From: Gracilinanus agilis
Lineage: Eukaryota
NCBI RefSeq assembly: GCF_016433145.1
Contig: NC_058135.1
Coordinates: 229,399,566-229,463,565 of the forward strand
Length of the DNA stretch: 64,000 nt
Reading direction: 5' to 3'
Program-made: the position numbers and the translations under genes
Notes under the pieces: generated by a model
Database searches by the model: none
What the model saw: the letters and a program-made list of their open reading frames with translations, nothing else
What the model was told of the DNA's origin: nothing
Part shown: positions 50,661 through 61,122 of the stretch, piece after piece
How positions within the stretch are numbered: the stretch's first letter is position 1
Layout: every line of letters starts with the position of its first letter

Positions 50661-50870
50661 TACTCACCATGGCAAGCTGCCTCCCTGCGCCCCTCACCCC
50701 AGCTCCTCTGCCCCCTCCATGTTCCTAACTGAGGCTCGTACTGTTCCATGGAGATGACTCCTGGTGGCCAAGCTCTCTCCCCTGTCCACTCTCCTTTGCC
50801 TCCAGTTGGTGCCCATCTTATCATTTTCTCCTGCTCCTTGCTTTAGAGAAGCCACCTAATGATTGGCCAG
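50661..50870 (-). promoter_or_regulatory. PPFIBP2: Candidate alternative promoter and first exon ending in GCCATG|gtgagt
   Basis: Minus strand shows GGCCAATCA (50860-50868), TGATAAG (50817-50823), a Kozak ATG at 50668-50670 and a consensus donor at 50667. Confidence 0.4.
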
Positions 50871-51059
50871 TAATTAATTTCCTGGGTTGACAAGAAACGA
50901 ACCCATCTCTCCTCTCACCCTTGGGAAAGAGTAAGAAAATTGCTTTAATTCCTTTAAATCCTGTTCTTTTAATCCACCTCCCTGAGGCCCTGCTTTTTAG
51001 TAACCCTAAGCCTGCAGTTTTTCAGTACCAGCTTAGGCTTCCTCTCTCTCCAGCCTCAC

Positions 51060-51173
51060 CTGTTGAAGCATCTCTTCAGCTGCATTGAGTTTCACCTGGT
51101 GTCCTTCCAGGCAGACTTCCAAGTCCCGGATCTTCTCACCCTGGACCTCCACCTGGTCAGTCAGGACACTCAC
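51060..51173 (-). CDS. PPFIBP2: Liprin-beta-2 internal coding exon (114 nt): VSVLTDQVEVQGEKIRDLEVCLEGHQVKLNAAEEMLQQ
   Basis: ccctcctctag|GTGAGT...CAACAG|gtgagg, phase 0/0, with a ctgac branch-point motif upstream. Near-identical to the remembered human PPFIBP2 peptide. It is absent from the ORF track. Confidence 0.97.
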
Positions 51174-52771
51174 CTAGAGGAGGGACCAACAGAGTCAGCC
51201 GACGAAACAATCCCCTGCCAACTGGTTTTCGTGTGGACCACAATTTGGTGGCCCCTCCAATATGTGGCCCAGAGTCTGCAGCATTAGGGTTCTGCTCCCA
51301 GAACAGAGGGCAACAGGTCTGCGTCTCACCTCACCAGAAGTGTTCCGGCATCTCCTGGAGAAGACTACTCAGCTGTCTTCTAGCTGAGGGGCCCAAGAGG
51401 AAATCAGACTCATTTGTAAAGACTCCGAAGGGAGGGATGTTTTCCTATGAGGTCAATAATATTCCTCACATGGGAGTGTAGAACAGGGCAGGTAAGCTAA
51501 GCCAGCACATAGCTGGTATTTGCCCATGGCAAAAATGTAGCCCTATTTGAGCTAGCTACCCAGCGATCCTACCACTTGAAGGGAGAAGAAGAAAAAAACC
51601 TGCTAAAAACTAACCAATGACCTGCCACCTCTCATGAAGAGCTAGGAATCACTGCCCTATCAGACAAGCTTTTGGAAGCAATTAAAGAATGTGGACGTAA
51701 AGGGCATGTGTTAGCACTGACAACAGTTGGCTCCAGAAAGGTTTCCAGGGTCTACGTGCCAAAACATGACTGCAAGAAACTGGCACCCGGGAGCGGCTCT
51801 GCATGATGGTAGTGAAAAAGCAGTCACCTTTCTAAAGAGCTTGAGGAACTTTACTAGAATTTCGACTAATAGGAAGCACACCGGCAATCCATTAGCTGAA
51901 TTACGCCAGAAAACAACCTCATCTTACAGGGAACCATTGTCGTGGCTGGCCCTCTCTACTGACTCTATCCAAGGAGAATTTTTATCTGAGATATTACAAA
52001 GAAAATGCAGTCACAAAAAGGTTAAGCAACCTATTTGAAGTCAACCTGTTATGCCTCGACAGTCTTCACATGTATGTACACTTTTCCAAACTGTTTCAGA
52101 CCACGGAGGCATTCAGACTTGATAATGCTACTTTAAAATAATTTTAGGCTCTTAAATATTGGAAGATGTTTTGTGAGATTTTCTTGGAGCTTCAGGCTAG
52201 GAAATAATGCTTTAAAACCATTTTGTTCTAAAATGGGCTCCTTTTATAAGTTACATTTATCTGAAATATGCATCTTTAAGGGTACTTATTCATACCATCA
52301 ATTACCATTATTAGTTTTGGTCTTTCCAACTGACAGTTTCTCCAAAGTGCTTCCATCTCTGCATGAGCAGCCAACAAGTTCAAAGTAAATAGAGTACTCA
52401 ACCATATAAACTCATTCCAGGTGCCTGTTAACATCTAGTCCTCTATTCCTTTTAACTGGCCATTACGCCATTTTTATTTTTAATTGTCTCATTTTACATG
52501 TGGTTTTAAAAAGTCACATCAATTGTGTTTTAAAATTAATCCCCAACCCACATCCCTGCCGAACAAAGGAATGTTTACCAGAACAAAGAAAATCTGTCGC
52601 CTCATAGCATCATTTAAAAACAGTTTGCTATTCAAAGCATTTTACAATGTTTTGGCATCATTTTTTAGAGTATACTCTCTCTGGGTTCTATGTCTATTGG
52701 TTAACACTTAAGATGGTCCAATTTATTTCCTTAATTAACAATACAGGACATAAATTTAGAAATGGAAAAAG

Positions 52772-52955
52772 GTGGGGACAGCTGGATAGTTCAGTGGATA
52801 GAACGCCAGGCCTGGAGTCAGAAGGGCCTGGGTTCAAATCTGTCCTCAGACACAAGCCACTTAACCTCAAATTGCCTAGTTCTTAACACTCTTCTGCTTT
52901 ACAGTCAATACTTAGTATTGATTCTAAGATAGAAGGTTAGGGATTTAAAAAAAAT
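52772..52955 (+). mobile_element. SINE1_Mdo-like SINE with an internal deletion
   Basis: Consensus head and tail. Confidence 0.8.
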
Positions 52956-54399
52956 TAGTAGAAGGGGCCATAAAAGGTCTAAAATGCCTCCATTTTTACA
53001 AATAAAGAAATAGAGCCTAAGCAGACCAAGTGACTTTACCAAAGGTCACACAGATAGCAAATGGAAGAGTTGGAATTTAAACTTAGTTTGCCTGTCCAAA
53101 TCCAGCATTCTTTCTACTTTCCATACTGTCCAAAATCTTGCTTTTACTTTACATGGCAGCTCCTTGAGCCACAGGACTATTTTCTATTCTATATCTGTAT
53201 CCCTCGTGCTAACCCACTATATTCTTATGATATATACCCATTTCTCATTTCATAAGAGATCAGTAGAGGCCAAGGATTCCAAACACATGCCAGGTGGTGG
53301 TCCCGTGATGACCAATCTGTTCTTGAGTCAAGAGAATGGAAGCCCCATTTAATCCAATTTGTTGGAATATTTAGAAGAAAATATGTTGGTCTTTCTTGTG
53401 TGGAGCCTCTCCAAATGGAAACAAGTGTTGGAACAACTCATAGAAAGGACCCCTCTTCTAAAAGGATTATAAAGGCCATTGTGTATTCATTTGTAGCCTC
53501 TCAGGCCCAACTGGACTTAGGGGTGAAGTATATTACCCCACAACAACGGCGGGGAAGGACTCAGAAAAAGTCCCTCAACCTTCTATGGAATCAAGAATGG
53601 AACATATTGACATTGCTTTTATAGGCAAAGGTAATTTAAAAGTCATTTAAGAAATTGATTTAAATTGTTTCCATTTTTCTTAGTTGAGATAGCAAACTAT
53701 GAACAATGGGATGGCCTCTTCAGGGTGAATGAGTTTTCTGGATAACTGAGGGGATATCTAAAAATAATAATATACAATAACTTGGCCAATGATCTGGAAC
53801 CATGTTGGCGAAGCCATGGCATGAGTGCAGAAACAACACTCAGGGAGCTGCTCCATTCCCCCTCTTCCAAGCACTGGAGGACATTTTTTGCATGTCCCCA
53901 ACCCTCTGTCCAGCCTCCCAAAGCAAGGGCATTCTCCCTCAGCTCTCTCTGGTAATGGGGGAGCGGGGGAAGGGGGAAGTCAGGGGGCTCACAGTTTGAA
54001 TTTGTCCACTGGGCACTTGAACTGGGAAAAGGTTCACTGACCCTGATCTGGAAGAATCCTGTGAGCTACACAGTACAAGTATTATCATCTCCGTTTTACA
54101 GAAGAGGAACGTATAACTCATAAAAGAGAGATATTTTCCCAGGGGTCACACAGCTATTGGTAAGTGCTGGGGCCAGAATTCAAACTCATGTCTCTCCTGG
54201 AAATCTCTTCTCACTGAAAATCTCCAAGATGCAGGAGTTTGCTTTTCTGCCTTTGCTGGAACAGTGCAAGGACCATAACAGCTAGTTCTACGCTGCCGAG
54301 GGATCTTTTGGGCACCCAGAGCCCTTGATGTGAACCTTGCTTCTCCCTGCCCAGTGAGAGAAGAAACAGAATGTGCTGGAGAGACAGGGCTGAAGTGGA

Positions 54400-55400
54400 A
54401 CAAATATGTTCTTTGTTTTGGTCTCTGGCCTGGAGTTAACTCAGCCCAATTCAATCCAAGAGATATTCATTAAGTGTCTTTTCTATGTGCATAAGACACC
54501 AGGCTCGAGACTGGGCACAAAACAGTAAAAATGGGCCCAGCCTCTACCCCACAAGGAACTGAAATTTGATAAAAATGATTAGGCACGTACACAAACAATC
54601 ACAGGGCAAAGCAAAAGGAGACTGGGGAAAATGGAAGCTGGAAAGGGCACAGGGAAATCCGAGGAGCACAAAAACCACTTCCAGTTTGGAGGGTGAAGAC
54701 AGATCAGAAACGTCTTCATGAGGGTGGTGGCAGTGGCAGCAGGACTGGGGTGAGAGCTACGAGCAGGATTTTAGCAGGTTAAGAGGACAGCTGGGGTTCT
54801 AGGAACTGAGAAAAAATCTGCTTAAANNNNNNNNNNNNNNNNNNNNNNNNNNNNNNNNNNNNNNNNNNNNNNNNNNNNNNNNNNNNNNNNNNNNNNNNNN
54901 NNNNNNNNNNNNNNNNNNNNNNNNNNNNNNNNNNNNNNNNNNNNNNNNNNNNNNNNNNNNNNNNNNNNNNNNNNNNNNNNNNNNNNNNNNNNNNNNNNNN
55001 NNNNNNNNNNNNNTCTATAGTGCCTACCATGTGCCAGGGACTGTGCTCAGTGCTTTACCAATATTATTTCACTTGATCCTCACAACACCCCTGGGGGGCA
55101 GGTGGTTTTACCTGTTTGGCAGTTGAGATATATGCAGGAAGGGCAGAGAAGGGAGGCCAGCCAGGCTCAAAGATGACTCTGATGTTTTGATGCGGGTGAT
55201 CGGGGTGGAGGTGGGAGACAGAACAACAGAAATTGGGCGAGGTGGTTTTGGGTAGGGCAACATTATATTTTGGTGGGGTTGAGTTTAAGGGGTTGTTCAG
55301 ATGGCCACAAAGAAACCTCCAAAAGTGTGTTAGAAATGCAGAGTTGGGGCACACACACAAACTAGAGACTGGACTGGGAAAAATAGGTTTAGAGATGCTC
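54400..55400 (+). mobile_element. L2 fragments around the gap, with a MIR
   Basis: ggggttgagtttaaggggttgttcagatggcc...ggtttagagatgctc are L2 motifs. Confidence 0.55.
54827..55013. other. Assembly gap (187 N)
   Basis: Run of N. Confidence 1.
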
Positions 55401-55411
55401 TTATACTAGCC

Positions 55412-55594
55412 CAGGGGTTGGCAACCTTTTTGACCGTGAGAGCCATAAACACCACATTTTTTAAAATGCAATTTCGTGAGAGCCGTACAGTGCTCACAGT
55501 GCGCTCCTGTAACAGTGCCTGAAAAAAAATGGAGTTTATGGCTCCTGCAGAAAGAGCCAGATATGGCTCGAGAGCCATACGTTGCCGACCCCTG
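55412..55594. mobile_element. Young hAT MITE (OposCharlie1-like non-autonomous element), 183 bp
   Basis: TIRs CAGGGGTTGGCAAC ... GTTGCCGACCCCTG. The 8-bp flanks TACTAGCC and CACTAGAC match at 6/8, and many CpGs are intact. Confidence 0.85.
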
Positions 55595-56039
55595 CACTAG
55601 ACCGTGAGTTTTTAGTAGAATATAAGCCTGAAACACAGCAGCTATTTGGATTATTGTGTTTGTAACCTGAGCACAGAACACTGTGCCTTGCACAAACTGG
55701 GTAAATTTTCTGCTTAGAAATGGTCATTGAAGTCATGGGAACAGATAAGAAAATGCAGAGGAAAGGACCAAGGACAGAATCTTGGGCAAAGGGGGTATAG
55801 CTTGGGACATACATGTACCTCTAGTTTGGGGGGCAGGTTGAAGAGGAAGACCAGAAAAGGATATTGAGCAGGACAAGTGAGAGGTAGGAGAACTGTGATC
55901 CTGGCCCAGTCATTTGAGCTCTTTCAGACTCAGTTTCCTCAGCTACAAAATAAGGTTAATGATAGTACTCACCTTTCCAGGTTGTCATGAGGATCGAGAC
56001 TCATAGAAAGTACTTTGCAACCTTACCCTACAAAGAAGT

Positions 56040-56040
<1 letters not shown>

Positions 56041-56089
<49 letters not shown>
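56041..56089 (+). repeat. (CA)n microsatellite
   Basis: Direct observation. Confidence 0.98.
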
Positions 56090-56091
<2 letters not shown>

Positions 56092-56659
56092 CTTATAGAG
56101 AGGCCAGCTATTATTAGAGAGCAGCGTTATCAAAGTGTCGGGGTTGGGAGCCACCATATACAAGGCTGAGGGTGGTGGGGACAGAGACGGGGAGTCAAGA
56201 CTGCCCTTTCTAGACATCAAAGACTGGCAATTAGGTCCCAAAGAGTCAGACATGGCTGTACCCCAAAGGACTGGATGTAGAACGGGGGACTTTAGAGCAA
56301 CTCAGAGTCTGCTGCGGCATGTGTGATGGAGTCAGGCAGGGAGGCACCAAAGGACTGCCTGAGGAGGCCCAGCTTGGGTCCAGGGCACGGCAGCGAAGGG
56401 GCAGGGAGGATGATGCTGGAAATAGAGCCTGGACAACTCTCGCCTCTGGCCCTTTCTAGCTGAAGGGTCATTGTGGCAGAGCCTTGACTTCCTCATCTAT
56501 GAAATACCGATAATTTAACTAATAATATAAAAACTACTAATACTTGTAAACTCTGCTTTAAGACCCAGCATGGCCTAATGTAATGAATAGCCTGGTTTTG
56601 AAATGAGAGAATGTAAATGAAGCGCTTATAACACTTTAAAGTGCTATTTCAATGCTAGC

Positions 56660-56692
<33 letters not shown>

Positions 56693-56741
56693 CATTATTA
56701 TTATCATTATTATTATTATTATCATCATTATTATTATTATT
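56660..56741 (+). repeat. Compound (ATT)n/(ATC) trinucleotide microsatellite
   Basis: Direct observation. It lies at the end of a MIR-like segment. Confidence 0.97.
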
Positions 56742-58309
56742 CTATTTGCTGTGTACTTAGCTCTGGCTTCCTCCATTGGGGTACTGCCTTTCTGGAGAAG
56801 GAAAGAAGGCAGAGGGTGCCCTCAAGTGGGAATCAAAAGGGTCCAAACAGCACAAGGACCGGCAGGTAAGGGATCCAAAGAAAGGCACCAATGGGGTCAA
56901 AGGAAGGAAGGGAAAGAGGCAAAGTCAAAACAGGTTGATGAACTGAGAGGCCAGTGAGGGGTGGAGGGCTGAGAGCAATGAGGGTGAAGAGCAGGTTCGG
57001 GACAGGCAGGAGATTGTGATCAGAGAGAAGTTTCAGAGCTCCGAATCCTGGAGGTGGAGCAGTTTCAGGGGATGGTGAAGCTAAAGGTGTGACCACCTCT
57101 GTGGGGAGCTGAGAAGGAGCAGGGACAGATTTAGGTCATGGGATCACGTAGGAGGCCAGATGTTAGCAGGACATGGGTAGTGAGTGTGAGGTAGCAGGAG
57201 AAGGGCTGGATCTGGTGTCAGAGGACCTGGGTTCTCACTTACTACCTGAATGACCTCGGGCAAGTTTCATAATCTCTCTTGGTCTCAAGCTTCTCATTTA
57301 TTAAATGAAAAGACTGGATAAGAGGACCTCTGGGGCCTTTGAGATCCAAAGCATGATACTATGATCCTATAATAAGCACCGCACCGGGAGGAAGAGAGCC
57401 TTGGGTTGGTATCCTAGCCCTCTTATTGACTGTGGCTGAGTCACAACTTCTTTGGGCCTCAGTTTCCTCATGTAAAAAATGAGGATAATAATCGCATCTA
57501 CCTCACAGAGTTGTTGTGAGGATCAAATTGAGTTAATAGATAGAAAGCGCTTAAAGCCGTATAGAATGCCATCATCCTTATTACCACTGGAGGTTTGAAC
57601 TAGAAGATGGTTCTGGCCAGCTTTAAGTCTATGAACCTAGTGATGTGGGAGAAACAGCCAAGTTTCAGAGTTTGAGGGTCCCGTTCCTGCTACTTTCCCT
57701 CACTGCCCACTGGCAGCCCATATCATTAGGATGGTGTCAGGGTGGGAGGAGAGACTCTCCAAGTGTTCCAGTCTTTTAAGAAAGTAGGGGGTGAAGGATC
57801 CAAAGGGGACAGCATGATCCAATGGGGGAAATCGCAGAAGGAAAAGTGGCTGAGCCAAGCAAGAGTCTGGAATAGCAGGAGGTAGGAAGAATTGTGCCCA
57901 CCCTTCCTGAGCCTCTGAATCAGGCTAGGAGGCAGGAGATGAGGACAGATCTAGCAGCCAGTCTTGGAGAGAGTGGCGATGGATGTGGTACCTTTGGGGG
58001 AAAGTCAGATTTCAGTTAGCCCCAGGAAACAGAAGGAATATAAGAGATCAGGGATTCAAAGGGAACTTACTCATGGCATACTGGGAGTTCTAGGGGCCCA
58101 ACAGAAGCTGAGAAAGAACAAGGCCTAGGGAGAGCAAGAGCTATACTGCAGTTATTTGGAAATGGGCAAACAGTAAGAACTACAGGCTTGTCACAAACTA
58201 TAGGCTTGTTTTTGCATTCTACCTAAGAATAGAGGGGAAAAAATGTTCTGGTAAACTGAGGCTTCCCTAAAAGAAGACTGTGGTTTCATCATCTACTGTG
58301 AGCCAAGAA

Positions 58310-58470
58310 TGGAGAATTTTAAAGAAAAGCATGAGAGAAGAAAGAGAAAATGAGAAAGAGGGGGATAAAAGAGGGAGAGACAGTGAGAGGACATGGAAAG
58401 ACAGAGGCAGAGAGAGGAGAGAGAGAGGAAGGGACAGAGAGACAGAGTAAGACCAAAAGACAAAGGGATG
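58310..58470 (+). repeat. GA-rich low-complexity tract
   Basis: Direct observation. Confidence 0.9.
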
Positions 58471-59108
58471 GCTCTTCTCTCCAAATACTATTAGGCATCA
58501 TGTCAGCTACCAGAACCAGGTCTTATTGCAGATGTCTGCAATTACTGTAATTATAGCTGCAAAGCTCTCAGGCCAAAATCAAGAGCTTTCATGACACTCG
58601 GCACGGAAGACAGGCTTTGCCCAGAAGAGATCCAAGTGTGGAGAGAAGACCCAGGAGGCTCCTGTTCCACTGAGCAGTTACCATTCCTTGGCCATTAAAT
58701 AAATCTGGGCCCAGAGAACAGAAGGGAAAAACTTGGAGGAGGGTCAGATGCTTGGCCAGAAGATTCCTCAAGAAACAAATAAACAAACAAAACCCCTCTG
58801 GACTCTTTATTTTTTAACCCCACAAATAAAGAAACAGGAGCTTTTTGAATTCACAGACACTTCAGAGAACTTCATAGACAGAAGATGCCACAGGCCATGT
58901 GCACTCTCTGGCACTCGCCTGCTTCCTGATCTCCACCAGCTCTGCAGAGCAGGAGGTGGATGCCAGGCCTTCAAAATCCAGCAGGGCCTGCCCATTTGTC
59001 TATGCTGGATATCACAGTTACAGCCTGTTTGATTGGGTGAATACTTCCTACACGAAGGCCTCGAGGCAAGAGGCAAGAGACAGAGTGACTTATTAGAAAC
59101 ATCCCTAG

Positions 59109-59523
59109 GGGGCAGCTAGGTGGATTGAGAGGAGGTCCTGGGTTCAAATTTGACCTCATTCACTTCCTAGCTCTTATCACTCATCTGGCTTAGAACTAAT
59201 ATTGATTGTATTGATGCTAAGATGGAAGGTGAGGATTTATTATTATTTTTTTAATTTTAATTTTGGATATTTTCCCATAGTTATATATTTCATGTTCTTT
59301 CCCTCTCCCCCAAACCCCTCCCCGCCACCATAGCCAACACACAATTCCACTGGGTTTTACATGTGTCATTGATCAAGATCTAATTCCATATTAATGATAG
59401 TTGGACTAGAGTTATCATTTAGTGTCTACATCCCCACTAATATCCCCATCAGCCCATGTGTTCAAGCAGTTGTTTTTCTTCTGTGTTTCTCCTCCCAGTT
59501 CTTGGTGAGGATTTTTTTAAAAA
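59109..59523 (+). mobile_element. SINE1_Mdo-like SINE (14-bp TSD) with an antisense L1 3'UTR fragment nested in its tail (11-bp TSD)
   Basis: AGAAACATCCCTAG at 59095-59108 and 59524-59537; GGTGAGGATTT at 59228-59238 and 59504-59514. Confidence 0.88.
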
Positions 59524-59843
59524 AGAAACATCCCTAGAACCGAAGTCCAGAGAGAGACCTTGTTTCAAATCCCAGCATTAATATCAGCATGCTGTAGGGC
59601 TCAGACAAGTCTCTGAATCAGTTTCCTCATCTATAAAAGGGGGATAAGAGTACTTGCAATACTAGCCGCAGGGTGGCTGAGAGAAAACAACTTTGCAAAT
59701 CTTAAAAGCCCTCCATGTGAGCTGTTGTCAGTGTTCTTATTATCTCTCGGAGTGTCCCAGGTGCCAGTCACTAAGGCTACTGGATGACAGTGTACCTGTA
59801 AAGGGACAGCAGCGCCGGTGACAATACAGCGGGAAGGACGTAC

Positions 59844-59936
59844 CTGTAACATGAGAGATTCCTTGTCGCCTTCCAATTGGGCCAAGCGCTCCTGATAGGT
59901 TTCATTCGTGACTGCAGCCGGGTGGCTTACCTGGGA
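59844..59936 (-). CDS. PPFIBP2: Liprin-beta-2 internal coding exon (93 nt, equivalent to human exon 4): SQVSHPAAVTNETYQERLAQLEGDKESLMLQ
   Basis: Minus strand reads ttttgcctctttag|TCCCAG...TTACAG|gtacgt, phase 0/0. The peptide matches the liprin-beta motif NETYQERLARLEGDKESLILQ. Confidence 0.96.
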
Positions 59937-60539
59937 CTAAAGAGGCAAAAAGAAGACTCTTAAAAAGGCCACAGGGGTGGGGTGGGGTGGGGGGGGAACC
60001 TAATCGATTTCCCAATTAACTAAATGATTTGTGATGAATTATCTGCCAGAAGATGTGAGAAACCACCCAGCGAAAAAGGAAACCACAAGATTTCGAAACT
60101 CCTCGCAACAATAGTAATGAACAGACAAGATGCCACTCAGAGGTGTGTCTCAAGAGCCTTGCCAAACCCTGGTGGGGGTGACCTCACCGAGCGGGAGAGG
60201 CAGCTCTGAATGAACCTAACAAGTTGGGTCTGGTTTGCCCGCAGGCTCCATCTTCATGGCAGCCCACAGCGGAATAAGTGCCTTCTTTCTTCCAGAGGCC
60301 AAGCACAACAGGACAAGAACCACTCAGTAAATCAGGCCCGGTTCCGTGCCCCATACCCCAGAGGCCACCGTCAGTGCCCATCGTGGGCAGCTCTAAGGCT
60401 ATCGCTCCCATTTCCTTGTGTCACCATCTTGACTTTGGTCAAGGATGTATCTTACCAGTTTTTACATGAGGGAGGGGACTGAACTGGAAGGAGTCCCGTT
60501 GTCATGTTCCAAACTATAATGACCCTCAGGAACGATGGC

Positions 60540-60780
60540 TCATGTATGTATGGGATCTCAGTGGTGCAGGGAATAGTGCTGGAGATGGAGTCAGAAAGAC
60601 TCCAGTTGGGAATCTGCTCAGATGATTGCTATAGTTGTTTGATCCTGGGCAATTACTCACCCTCTCTCAGTTTTGGTTTGCTCATCTGTAAAAAGGTGCA
60701 ATAATGGCACCCACAGAACAGAGTTGTTGTAAGGATCCAATGAAATAAAATAAGTAAAGCACTTTGCAAACCTTAAAAAG
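60540..60780 (+). mobile_element. MIR
   Basis: CORE ctctctcagttttggtttgctcatctgtaaaaagg...gttgttgtaaggatccaatga. Confidence 0.75.
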
Positions 60781-60785
60781 TGTGG

Positions 60786-61070
60786 TTATACTTCCCACAT
60801 AGCAGGGGTTAAGGGTGTGAAAAATTCATGTCAAATTTTTGGGTCCTCCCTTCATACCAGAAGTTTTTTTTTTCTTTTATGATGTGTTTAAGGTATCTTA
60901 TTGTAAATTCTGGATTAAGTATACCTTTCTGGGTTTCTAAACCTTTTCTGGGTCATCTGTGGTTTCCACAAAACTCCTCCTCAAATTCCCATTTAATTTC
61001 TTATGCCAACCAATGACATATAGAAACCACAATGGGGAAAGTTGAGATGTGGAAGGGAAAACTGTACTAT
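60786..61070. mobile_element. Tigger-type MITE, copy 3 of 3
   Basis: tatacttcccacatagc ... gatgtggaagggaaaactgta. Confidence 0.6.
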
Positions 61071-61082
61071 ACAAATGGTAGC

Positions 61083-61119
<37 letters not shown>
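61083..61119 (+). repeat. (ATT)n microsatellite
   Basis: Direct observation. Confidence 0.97.

Positions 61120-61122
<3 letters not shown>

Noticed and set aside
55987-56253. HT-repeat and CV-repeat ORFs
   Set aside because: They are translations of the (CA)n microsatellite.
56652-56957. ORF with a long poly-Ile run (signal or transmembrane-like)
   Set aside because: It is a translation of the (ATT)n microsatellite followed by L2 sequence.
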